A stretch of DNA of 64,000 nucleotides from Cladosporium halotolerans (Eukaryota). The position numbers and the translations under genes are program-made. Shown here piece by piece: positions 1 to 10,999 of this stretch. The notes under the pieces are model-generated. The model saw nothing but the letters and a program-made list of their open reading frames with translations, ran no database searches and had not been told where the DNA came from. Location of the stretch: NCBI RefSeq assembly GCF_011745625.1, contig NW_027191452.1:682001-746000 (forward strand), in the 5' to 3' direction. Within the stretch, counting starts at the first letter, position 1, and each line of letters starts with the position of its first letter.

Positions 1-216
1 CTGCGCTCTACGACTACGAAGCCCAAGCTGACGGCGACCTGTCGTTCAGCGCCGGTGACATCATTGAGATTGTCCAAAGGACCGCGAACGAGAATGAATG
101 GTGGAGCGGCAAGCTCGATGGCAGACAAGGCCAATTTCCTGGTGAGTTCCTTCACCTTTTGAAAATCAAGGATTCATGCTGACGACTAGCCAGGCAATTA
201 TGTGCAGCTAAACTAA
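1..216 (+). CDS. RVS167: 3' end of Rvs167-like BAR/SH3 (amphiphysin) protein, partial; intron 142-193
   Basis: Translation from nt 3: ALYDYEAQADGDLSFSAGDIIEIVQRTANENEWWSGKLDGRQGQFP|GNYVQLN*. This is a C-terminal SH3 closely resembling yeast Rvs167. A GTGAGT..GCTGAC..CAG intron restores the frame. Confidence 0.85.
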
Positions 217-549
217 ACGACTCTGACCGCACTGCTCAAGCATGTCCGTTTCGACACGTCTGATGTGAGCGACATCTGCATCAGCACATCCTTTTAATCA
301 TCTTCGTGTCATTCATCTTGCATGGCTTCTTGGATAATGTCTATAGTATTTCGAAGTAAGGACGTCTGCAAATCACATAGTCATCGAAGATCTCAAAGCC
401 ACTCACCGCACAATCTTCTGTCTTTGCGCGGCATGTAGCTTCCAAGAATGTATGGATACGTAAAAACAGCAACGTAACTTCTCAATTTGAGTTGGGTATC
501 AAACTCCCTACAGACTATGCCTCCTCATGCAACGCATCGGTCAATCAAT

Positions 550-1214
550 CTAAGCCTTGAACTCAGCCTCGATGGCGCCCTTGATGGATGCGGGCTTGGT
601 GGTGCTCGCCCACCTGCCCTTGACCTGGCCGTCCTTGCCAATGAGGAACTTCTCGAAGTTCCACTTGATACGCTGCAGGCCCATGATGCCGGGCTTCTCC
701 TTCTTCATCCACTCCCACACAGGTTCGGGGCTGTCGCCGTTGACCTCGGTCTTGCCCAGGACCTTGTAGGTGACCTTGTGGCCGATGACGCAGAAGTTCT
801 GGATCTCCTCGTTGGTGCCCGGGTCCTGGTTGTTGAACTGGTTGCAGGGGAAGGCGAGGATCTCGAAGTCGTTGGGGTGGGCGGCCTTGACGTCTGTTTG
901 GATCGCGGGGTTAGTCACTGCTCTGCGGGCTGGCACAAGGTGGGGCTGGCGTCGTTACCTTTGTAGAGAGCCTCGAGGTCGTCGAGCTGGGGAGTGAAGC
1001 CACACTTGCTGGCGGTGTTGACGACGAGGACGACCTTGCCCTTGAGGTTGGCGAGCGGGTAGGCCGCTCCCTTGTCGTCCTTAGGCTTGAAGTCGTAGAA
1101 GCTGGTCGCGGAAGACATGGTTCTCGTAGCTGTGCGGAAAGCTGGTCTGGCGAGGGAGATGTTTTGGGCGAAGGCAAAAGTTGATTTCTGGCAAAGGCGG
1201 GTTATTGTAAACAT
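550..1214 (-). CDS. HYR1: Cys-type glutathione peroxidase (Gpx3/Hyr1-like); intron 894-958; second in-frame ATG at 1118
   Basis: Motifs [18 protein letters not shown] and IKWNFEKFL. Two ORF-track pieces are joined by a GTAAC..CAG intron. Confidence 0.93.
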
Positions 1215-1743
1215 AGAATGACGCGAGAGGGGTGGTCTGATTGTGATTACATATAAAGGGGAGGGCAGAGACTTCTGGAATCGTTAAGCGCGCATGGTCT
1301 ATCCGCACCACGCCACGATAGAGCTCTGCACCGAGGCATGTGAAGCGTCGTCATACGAGCCTCAGGCAGCAAGGCAGGCAGGCGTACTGGCAGTGGGTGC
1401 CTCGGCAGCCGCTCCGCGCCCTGACGAAGGAGTGGGCGCAGGCGGCCTCGCTGCCTCGCCTTTACCCCAGACGCGCCCGGGCAAGTCGGGCGGCGCGTAA
1501 AGGTCGTCGACGAGGCTGCCTGTCAAGCCTGTGATACACGGCATACACTCGCCTTCGCTGATGCCAACGCAAGGCGGACAGTGCGCAGTGGATCGCGACA
1601 CCGCATACCAAGCCCCAGCCTATTTTTCTTGTCTTAACGCTTCTCGTCCAACTCCCTCCCTCCTAGCAATGTACGATCTGCGATAGGCTTGTTCGCCTCC
1701 GTCTTTCATCGAAATCTACATACTATCGCATTCTACAACGACC

Positions 1744-4700
1744 ATGGCGGAACTACGCCCCGATGCTTCGCGCGACGACGTTGAGGAGGAACTCTTCTTC
1801 CAAGATATCCTCATCTCAAGTCTGGACCCAGGCGCAGACGATTTTTCGGACCGCTTGTCAGCAATAGAGAATATCAAGGTAGATCTGCAGCGTCGTTTGG
1901 AGGCTTTTGACGCTATGGGCGTAACCGACATGGATGGCTCTGCTGAGTCAAGGGGCCTTGGTCCTGGCCATCAGAATCTTGCCGGAAGCTCTTCAAACCA
2001 CACTTTCGGCACGAAGCGACCGAGAGCGAACTCGTCGTACGTTGCGCATGATCGCCCGTCCAAGCGCACCAGCCCGGAGAACTCCTCTGGGAGCACGCCG
2101 AATTCAGCATCGTCATTCGAGCTTATAGACCACCCTGCCGTAGACACGGCAGACAGGGCAAGGAGTCGACAGGTAGCCGCAGAGGCCGCTATGAAGAGGA
2201 GGCGCGAGGAGCAGCAAGCGGATGAAGAGTTTGCGAGGAAGCTCAGTCAGGTTTCTGCAGCAGGTTCGGGGCCGATCGCTGGGACTTCTTCGCAGAGACC
2301 TGGTATACAGACGACAATCGGACACAATGGGTCATTCTCAAGACCGCCACCTATGCCGCGTGATAAGCCTCTACCTTCGTCGAGTACACCAACTCAAGGA
2401 GGCCCGGTGAAGCAGGAAGGTATCAAGGCAGAACCGAGAGCAGTCCTGCCGCCTCTCCCTCAGAGGAGCCGCGAACGGGCTCCGATCGTTGATCTCACTG
2501 GCAGCGACGAAGAAGACGAGCCCTTTGAGATCACCTCAGACACTTTCACCCCAAGTAGAAGATCCGCCCAGCGTCCTCCGGCCGTTAATCCACCGCAAAT
2601 GATGCCGCAGTCAGCGACTAGAAGCCTCCTTCCGCCACATCATCATCAGCAGCAGCAACCTTGGTCGCCTGCATTCACTCCACTGGCTATGCCCGGCGCA
2701 TTTCCAGGCATGACCGGGTACAGTATCCAGCCGAACTACGTGCCTGCTCAGCGCATGGCTACTCAGCGCATGCCCTATCAACCACCACCGATCGGAACTG
2801 CGTCTGCATACTCACCGAATCCTTTCGCGATGCCGCATAGGGCAGGCGCGCCAGGGGCGATGAGCAACACCCCAAGAAGCTTTCGTGGACCTATCGACGA
2901 ACTGCATGGCCTGATTCCTGGGTCGAGTTCTCGCCCTTATGACCTGTACGACGAAGACGATGATGACGATGACGACTTACATTATGCCGGCTCGCGCTCC
3001 ATTAGGCCTGAAGCGTATCTAGGCTATGAGGATATTTATCGCCGCCGCTTCGACCAAATTCTCGAGCATGACCCCCAGAAGACGAAAGAGGAGATCAACG
3101 ATCTTCTCAACAACATCAGGCCCGATGAAGACGTCCCAGATCACTTGCTGGTACCAACTCCGGCAGCCATGTCAGTGACCTTGCATAAATATCAAGAGCT
3201 GGGCTTGACATGGCTGCAAAAATGCGAAGAAGGTACCAACAAAGGCGGCATCCTTGCAGATGATATGGGGCTTGGAAAGACAATCCAGATGCTTTCATTG
3301 CTTGTTACCAGGAGGTCTGACGACCCTCGCTGCAAAACGACGCTCATCGTTGCGCCTGTCGCGTTGCTGCGTCAGTGGAAGCAAGAAATACAGCAAAAGA
3401 TCAAGCCTGGACGCCACGCACTTACAGTCTTCACTCACCATGGGCAGACGAAGAAGAAGAATTTCAGAGATCTCCAGCACTATGATGTCGTACTCACCAC
3501 GTACGGCAGTCTTGCGTCGGAGGTGAAGAAAATGGAAAAATTCCATGCACGTCAAAAGCACAACGCGGACGCCCGTCCCAACGACTCGGAACGTTGCGCC
3601 CTCATCGATCCTGACGCCTTCTGGTATCGCGTAATTCTCGATGAGGCTCAGTGCATTAAGAACAAGTCCACGCAAACCGCTAAAGGCGCGTGCATGGTCA
3701 ATTCCAAGTACCGCTTTTGCATGACGGGTACACCTATGATGAACAATATCGGAGAGCTGTATTCCTTGATCCATTTCCTCCGCATCAAGCCTTACTGCCA
3801 GTGGGAGAAGTTCCGACTCGACTTTGTCACTCCTCTAAAGAGTAACTATGACGAATATCGTTCAAAAGCTATGCGGATGTTGCAAACGCTTTGTCGCGCA
3901 CTCATGCTTCGCCGGACCAAGGCCAGCAAGTATCAAGGCAGACCGATTCTCGTCCTGCCCGAGCGTACGACTGAAGTCGAGCACTCTGTGTTCAACGAGG
4001 ACGAAGACTCTTTGTACCACGCTTTGGAGTCGAAGACTGCGATCCAGTTCAACAAGTACCTCAAGGCAGGCACTGTCGGCCGATCCTACACTGCCATCCT
4101 TGTCTTGCTGCTCCGCCTACGGCAAGCATGCTGCCACCCGCATCTCATCAAGGACTTCAGCGTTTCTGAGGCCGCAGGCGTCCCGATCGAGGATATGATG
4201 AATCTGGCGCAGGAACTTGATCCGCAGGTCGTTGCCCGTATCAAAGAGACCGGAGGCAACTTTGAGTGTCCCATCTGCATGGATGCCTGCACCAACCCTG
4301 CGATCTTTATTCCCTGCGGCCACGACACGTGCCGCGACTGCTTTGTCACTCTCTCCGATCCAGCCAATCAGCTCGCCCAAGGCAATGAGAACGGCACGGT
4401 CGTGCGCTGCCCGCATTGCCGTGGTAACATTGACACGAAACGCATCACCGACTTCGACAGCTTCAAAAAGGTTCACATGCATGAGCTCCTTTCCAAGGAA
4501 GAGCTGGAGAGTTTGGAAAACAATGATTCGGAGACAGAGTCAGAGGACAGCGACAGCGACGGGGACAGCGACAGCGACGAGGCCAGCGAGGACGAGGTCA
4601 AGGATGAAACACTCGACGGCTTCATCGTCAAGGACGATGCTGAAGTAGAGCGTGCTGATTCCACGACGGAATCTGAGAGTGAAGACGTCAAGCCTGAAAA

Positions 4701-5526
4701 GAAGGTGAAGGCAGAGGGCAGCGATGCAGAAGATGGTGATCCCGGACCTTCCATGCCGAGGACCAAGAGGCTGAAGGAGGGAGATGTCAAGGACAAGAAG
4801 AGCAAGAAATCCAAGAAGGGCAAGGCCAAGGGCAAAGGCAAAGCGAACCAGCTCAGTCTCGCAGACCTCAAGAAGCTTTCGACAAGGAACGCGGACGCGA
4901 AGAAGAAGTATTTGAAGAAGCTTCGCAAGACCTTTGTCTCATCTGCAAAAATTGACAAGATGATGGATCTTCTTACCAACGTCATTGAGAATGCCGATGA
5001 TGGTGAAAAGGTTCTCATATTCAGCCAGTGGACATCACTACTTGACCTTGCCGAAGTGCCAATCGAGGAGAAAGGATGGGGCTATCGGCGCTACGATGGC
5101 AGCATGAATGCGAAAATGCGTGGCGATGCAGTTGATGACTTCAAGGACGCCCGCAAGAACGTGCGCGTCATGCTGGTCTCTCTTAAAGCCGGCAACGCAG
5201 GCTTGAACCTCAATGTGGCTAACCAAGTCATCATCCTCGACCCTTTCTGGAATCCATACATTGAGGAGCAAGCCATTGACCGCGCGCATCGCATCGGTCA
5301 AGCTAGGCCCGTCAAGGTGCATCGCGTGCTCGTCCAGAACACGGTGGAGGATCGTATCATCGAGCTGCAAGACAAGAAACGCGCGTTGATTGAGGAGGCG
5401 CTCGATGAAAAGGAACATCAAAACATTTCTCGCTTGGGCGTGCAGGAGCTGGCCTACCTGTTTGGTGTGACTAGAAATGCTGACGACAGGGTTCAATACC
5501 AGGAGCGCAGGCGCGATCGTCGATGA
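1744..5526 (+). CDS. ULS1: SNF2-family ATPase with inserted RING finger (Uls1/Ris1-like SUMO-targeted ubiquitin ligase)
   Basis: GGILADDMGLGKT, ILDEAQ, C3HC4 RING (CPIC..PCGHDTCRDC..CPHC), QAIDRAHRIGQ, and a SIM-like PIVDLT in the N-terminus. Confidence 0.88.
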   Translation: MAELRPDASRDDVEEELFFQDILISSLDPGADDFSDRLSAIENIKVDLQRRLEAFDAMGVTDMDGSAESRGLGPGHQNLAGSSSNHTFGTKRPRANSSYVAHDRPSKRTSPENSSGSTPNSASSFELIDHPAVDTADRARSRQVAAEAAMKRRREEQQADEEFARKLSQVSAAGSGPIAGTSSQRPGIQTTIGHNGSFSRPPPMPRDKPLPSSSTPTQGGPVKQEGIKAEPRAVLPPLPQRSRERAPIVDLTGSDEEDEPFEITSDTFTPSRRSAQRPPAVNPPQMMPQSATRSLLPPHHHQQQQPWSPAFTPLAMPGAFPGMTGYSIQPNYVPAQRMATQRMPYQPPPIGTASAYSPNPFAMPHRAGAPGAMSNTPRSFRGPIDELHGLIPGSSSRPYDLYDEDDDDDDDLHYAGSRSIRPEAYLGYEDIYRRRFDQILEHDPQKTKEEINDLLNNIRPDEDVPDHLLVPTPAAMSVTLHKYQELGLTWLQKCEEGTNKGGILADDMGLGKTIQMLSLLVTRRSDDPRCKTTLIVAPVALLRQWKQEIQQKIKPGRHALTVFTHHGQTKKKNFRDLQHYDVVLTTYGSLASEVKKMEKFHARQKHNADARPNDSERCALIDPDAFWYRVILDEAQCIKNKSTQTAKGACMVNSKYRFCMTGTPMMNNIGELYSLIHFLRIKPYCQWEKFRLDFVTPLKSNYDEYRSKAMRMLQTLCRALMLRRTKASKYQGRPILVLPERTTEVEHSVFNEDEDSLYHALESKTAIQFNKYLKAGTVGRSYTAILVLLLRLRQACCHPHLIKDFSVSEAAGVPIEDMMNLAQELDPQVVARIKETGGNFECPICMDACTNPAIFIPCGHDTCRDCFVTLSDPANQLAQGNENGTVVRCPHCRGNIDTKRITDFDSFKKVHMHELLSKEELESLENNDSETESEDSDSDGDSDSDEASEDEVKDETLDGFIVKDDAEVERADSTTESESEDVKPEKKVKAEGSDAEDGDPGPSMPRTKRLKEGDVKDKKSKKSKKGKAKGKGKANQLSLADLKKLSTRNADAKKKYLKKLRKTFVSSAKIDKMMDLLTNVIENADDGEKVLIFSQWTSLLDLAEVPIEEKGWGYRRYDGSMNAKMRGDAVDDFKDARKNVRVMLVSLKAGNAGLNLNVANQVIILDPFWNPYIEEQAIDRAHRIGQARPVKVHRVLVQNTVEDRIIELQDKKRALIEEALDEKEHQNISRLGVQELAYLFGVTRNADDRVQYQERRRDRR

Positions 5527-6070
5527 GCTGGTTACTCATCACCGTACAGTACGGTGCATTGGAGGAACACTGGCGCAAACAAAGATTCTTTCGCTTCATG
5601 GCTGATGGGAACCCCGATTTGGTTTCCTTTCTCGGTGATGGGTTCGTGAAATGGCGTACCGGTTTGATGATGAAGACAGAGATACCCATATTTGCTAGCG
5701 TCGGCGAACGCAAAGTCTAAAGTTAAATGGAACATCACAGCAAATACTCCAATGACGCCGCGCAGGCTGCCAACCACTGCCACCCTAATATAACTGCGAA
5801 ATGTGAACGACGAGATCCACTATTGATCAAATAGTCACTCCCATTTCCAGCCTCTGCGAATCCATTGTGAAGACACATTCGATTGGGAAAGTGACCTTGC
5901 TCCATTGAAATGCTGACCAGTCGTCGGCACCTTACGTTCCCAAACTCTATTGCTTGGAGCATTTAATTTTCGATGCGAATTTAAATATAAGAACATCGTG
6001 CAAACGGAGGCAGAGACTTGTCGCAAAGCCACCAGTTTCAACTACGTCTCCAAGCACCAGAATCAACAAA

Positions 6071-6421
6071 ATGCGCAACTCTCCCGCCAACCCCGAATCT
6101 CCACAAGTTCTGCCCGGCGCCTACACCCGGCACAACATTTCCATGCCGCGAAACAGGATGGCCCGCAGGGCGCAACACATTTCGCGCCCTGCACCGGAAC
6201 GAATCTCCAGAGCCGGTAGAGCAGTGGCACTCATCTTGACCGTATTAATCGTGGGCCTGGTTTTCGTCGTTGCGATCAGCGTGCTCATACCACTTTGGAA
6301 CCATCTCCTCGAGCATTCAAAGCCAACCGCCGCGAGTCGGCCTCTGGTCGTCAATTCGAATGGGCGCAATGCTGCCCTCCCAATCAACCAGCGTGGGCTG
6401 GATCCATCGCTTGGATACTAA
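6071..6421 (+). CDS. Putative small single-pass membrane protein, hypothetical
   Basis: ATG in CAAAATG context and one strong hydrophobic stretch (AVALILTVLIVGLVFVVAISVLIPLW). No recognisable family. Confidence 0.4.
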   Translation: MRNSPANPESPQVLPGAYTRHNISMPRNRMARRAQHISRPAPERISRAGRAVALILTVLIVGLVFVVAISVLIPLWNHLLEHSKPTAASRPLVVNSNGRNAALPINQRGLDPSLGY

Positions 6422-7136
6422 GGCGATGTACACCTCCGAATTCTCGGATCTCCGCGTTGAACAAAGCGCCGTTTATGATCGCGGCGGAAAGACATTGTGG
6501 AGGTTGGGACGATTACTTTCAACTCATACTACTCAGTGTTAGAAAGTAGGACCAATGGCGAGAGATTTTGGTACCTCGAAATGTGCTTATTTTGTCGATA
6601 CGTAAATCTTGTCTTTGCTAGCTAGTACTCAATGAAATTGTAGAAGAAATCAGAACACCCATCCGAATTTCCCCTCACGAGATGCCCTGTCCTCGATATA
6701 TTGTCAGATACAATCGTTTTTTCGTGGTGTAATCGCAAATGGACTTTGGACTCATCGGAACGTCAAGTGAGCCTCCCCTTGGTGTTATTGCGGTATCTAT
6801 GTACTGCCGGTGAACAACAGGACGGATGCAAGATTATAAGCAATGCGATGATAAAATACTTTGATGGTAAATACAGTCAGATTATCTTTCGAAACAATAC
6901 ACAACTCCTCGCTTGCTTGCTAAATGCGTCGACCGTGAAGTGACCAATTGGACATACTCGTTGGCAGCTACGTCAGATAGACACGAAAATCAATCTCCTG
7001 CAAGAACTCGATCGCAAGCGAGCAAAGCACTGGTAAGGAAAAACCCGAGCCCCTTTTTTCTATCATGGAAAGTCCGTCGAATCCTAAACAGATTCAAGTG
7101 TTAGCCTGCGGGTATGGTGTCGGTGAAGGGTGGCGG

Positions 7137-8868
7137 CTAGTGTCGATCGCTCACTTTTCTCAAGCTGGTACGTTCACCGGATGAGCGCTGACGGCCAGAT
7201 GGGTGCTTCTGCAAATCAAAGGGCGCGGAGTGAGTGTTGTGTGCTTGGTGCCGTCGTGAAAGGCCTCGCGCCGGGGTAGGACCGCGTGGGCTTTCACTGT
7301 CACGGCTGCTGCGTCCAGTAACAGTGGTGTCACTGGCACTCCTGTCTGACGCCTCAGAGCTGAAGCTGTAGAGGCTGGTGATTGGTGCGGGAGCTTGCAA
7401 CTCGGGCAACCGTGAGGATGACAGCAATGAGGAGGATGGCCGAGTCTCGTAGAAAGAGGACGTTGCAGTGGGCAATGAAGCGCATGATCCCGCGTATCGC
7501 AAGTCTGGAGATTGAGGCGGTGGAAGTGTCGAAGATGGCATTGAGTTCTGAAACGCTTCACCAAGGCTTGTGATAGTAGCTGGAGAAGATTCTGGGCTGT
7601 ATGCCCCAGGAGGATGGAACTGATAGCCGAGCACAGGATCGCTCATGGGAGTTGTCGTAATCGGGAACGGGGCGGACTGATTCGAAGCGGTGCTCGAATA
7701 CCCGGGCCCTTGTGCAATGTCGGCATGATGGCGCGAGTTGCTTCTCTCCAGAGACCATGGCATTGCGTTACGGCTGTGGACGCCGTTGATGTGTGGCCTG
7801 AAGCTTGCTGTTGCTGGTTCCAGTGGCCTTGCATCAGAAAGCGACTGGGATGTGTAGGGGTGCTGAGCGTACTGGATGGTGTACGGGACTGACAGCTGGC
7901 GTTGAGGCAATGGCAAGCGACGCTCTAAAGGTGTATGGGTGGGCAGAGACGAGTGCAATGAGGTCATGTTCAGCGCAGACATGGCATCTGCACTCACGCT
8001 AGGCAAACGACCGTTCCCAGCATGGTGGGACATTGGAACCTGGAGCGTGCCGAAAGAGTAAGTATTGGTTTCGCACAAGGGCGAAGACACTGGCGGGGAG
8101 TATGTTGCGCTGGCACCGTAGTTGCGAAAGCTTTCTGTCGAAGCGTACGAGCTGAGCGAATCTTGTCGTGGCCCAGTGCTCGATACGTAAGTATACGATT
8201 CAATTGGCGAGCTGTCGTACTGTGTATCACATTCCGGTGGCCACGGTGAGCGTGTCTGTAGAATCGGTAAAGATAGACGGTGTTGTGATGAGTATGCGGT
8301 TATTCCATCCCCCATCGCTGGAGGCGACGTGTCTCTGTTGTATTGCCCTGTGCCGACATGGCTCAACCCCGTCGGTATGAACTCTAAATGCTTTGAATTC
8401 ATCTATGGCCGCCATCAGGTCCGAGCAGAAGTACTAATCATGAATTTACTTACTCTGCAAAAATTGCACTCTTCAACCCTCACACCCGAGCTTCTGCAAG
8501 CCTGGCAGCCGGTCCCATCGCCAGGGTCGCCAGAGCACTTGATCTTCCTTCTACGGCATCGCGCGCACTGTAGCCGATTGATGAGCTTGGCGGAACCCTT
8601 TCGCTAAAGGAGCGATCATACTTACGGCAACTGCAATGCGTCTTCTCACTTGGCCGCCCGCCGTCAAGGGCTCATCTGGTTCTTGGATTGCAGTGTGACT
8701 GGGAACCCGATTGGAGTACGGCTGACGAAAACCATGGCGGCTATGATGGTCAAAATCGCTGTACGGATGAGTTCGTCCAAAGAAGTCTTTGTTTGCTTCG
8801 TTCCTGTGGTTTGTGCGATGAAATGCGTCAAACTCGCCGGTACCATGATATGACTGCGCCGCCCTCAT
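7137..8868 (-). CDS. Zn(II)2Cys6 transcription factor; introns 8568-8625 and 8403-8453; true 5' end uncertain (possible upstream exons from ATG 9166)
   Basis: Spliced sequence RRRIAVA|CARCRRRKIKCSGDPGDGTGCQACRSSGVRVEECNFCR|MNSKH... gives a six-Cys binuclear cluster followed by an S/P-rich tail. Both donors are GTAAG. Confidence 0.85.
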
Positions 8869-10999
8869 AGTGACATGTCATGATGGCATTTCCGCATGGT
8901 ATAAGCAGAGTAGAAGAAGCCGGGATGGACGGTGCAAGCGGCTCGGGAGAAATAGGATGCAGAGACAAGCAAATACGTTTCCAAGGCAAGTAGGTGTCAC
9001 AGGACTGGTGTCTTGAGTGCAGCGCCAATCTACAGTCGATCGGGCTAATCGGGCACCTCCAGATAAGTGAGCAGACGCTCATAGCAAATGCGAGCAAACA
9101 AGCGCTCGACCGGTAGTCGACGTTGTTCGTGTTTGTCGTGGCACAGGTAGTGTAGGTGTGAGACATGGTCCTCTCAAAACAGGCGACAAACGGAGACTAT
9201 TGGGCGCCGATCGCAAAGGGTCGGCCGGTGAGATGATGAGGACCGAAGAGGACACGTTCGAGCGCCTGCCTTATCCTGCAACATGCAGCGGCTGTGAGCT
9301 AGCCCACATGCAAGTTTCCGAGAGCCGATATTAACAGGACGGGGCACGATCACTGACCCCCGTCTTGTCATACCTAAATTGAGGTCATGCTTCGGTGTCA
9401 GGCCTGACCGCGCTTGTCCTTCCTCTCTGGATTATCGGTGATTGCCGTGCACGCGGTGCAATTCGCGTGCAAAAACTCTGACGGACTTCGTCAGCTCGCG
9501 GTGTATTTCCATGGCTTCGCCGGTGAGTCAGCGAACTTCTTGTAGAAGACACAGTTCTAACCTCCTAGCCTGCTCAGAGATGGAGTGCTCATGATGGCCA
9601 AGACGGGGGCTGCGAGCGCCTTCAGGCGTGCACCGTTGGGAGTTGGCCCTTCGCCGCCCGGAGCCGCCAAATGCCTTCACTGGGGCCTGCTGAAGCCTGC
9701 ATGCACGACGCTTCTGCTGTTTCGTAACATGTATCTACCCGAGCCGTGCAATTCTGGCCCCTCTGAGAAGCAGGTTGCACCAGTATGACGGTCAGCAATA
9801 CTACGACGCCACGTCGATTTCTCAACACATGAGAAAGAGCATCCTGCGATCTCGCAACCACGAAGAGTGCAGACTGAGGTCCCGTACAGGTAGGGATTCC
9901 AGTCAGGTTGAAACTCGCTCTGGCGCAGAAATACTGCGATCGGGAACAGCGTTTGCGGAAGCATACAGGCGCACAGACTATTCGAGAAGTCTTGCGCAAT
10001 ACGGAAGGGTACCTACATTGTGTGTAGCAAGATTTATCAAGTCTGCGCTGTTCGGCTGCGGTCAACCAAATGTCGAGGGAGTAAGTAGCCGTGGCTTGCA
10101 CATAGGAATCTACTGACTTCATGCCATGCGTGAGACATACCTGAGGCGATGACATGTCGAACGACGGCCTGGGATCCGTTGAGGATGCTATCTCAGCCAG
10201 CATGAAGTACAGCTCGCCTATGCTCATACATGCCGGCCGATCCAGGAGAAGGTGAATCATGCCTGACCATGTACATGGGCCCCGGGAGCAGGTTCTCACC
10301 GTGGGGACGGTGGTGATTCAGGAGATGCGTATGCATATGTGACAGGTCGTACTCAGAAGCCTATCGACCGCACTGACTAGGATCACATCGCCGTTTTGCC
10401 GGTGCGAGGAGCCTTGGCCCAACAGCTCATGCGGTGGTCGATGTCTCTCGCACGGCAGGCGGAAGAGGAGAGCTCGTTGCCCGATGGTGGCTTAGAGCAA
10501 TGATGTGAAGGCGGCACCAGCCACTGCAGAGAGACAGATAGGTGTTCACAGGGCAGGCAGGGAGACGCAGGGAGTCGTATGAGGTGGCGCTCGCGGCGGC
10601 AAACAAGTAGGATAGCGACAGGTCTCGCGGCATGAGCCCTTGCAGCGAGCGCAGATGCAATGCGTAGGCGCACCGTGGCGTGCCTAAAGCTCCAAGGTCA
10701 CTGTCAGGTTGGCGTTGCACACGCGCCTGGATGCCTGAACGAGCAGGGGCTAGGCGCGCCTGGCGCCTGCGAGCTCGGCTGGCGAGTGAAGTCGGTCGTT
10801 GTCAAGTCATTCTTCACATGCCTGAGCGTCCACTGAACGCGGGCGCTCGCGTTTTGGTCCGAGCTTCACGTTGCCCGCGAAGTTCGAGAAACACCAGCAT
10901 ACAGCGCCTACCTTCTGCGCCGCCAGCGCCCGTGTGCCCACCTCGATCTGCCTCGACCACGATATTCGAGGATTCTAGTTACGCGGCAAGTCGGCCGCC

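Noticed and set aside
9200..10900. ORFs of 65-225 aa between the Zn2Cys6 gene and NUP85
   Set aside because: No motifs or coding-like composition; most likely the extended regulatory region of the transcription factor.
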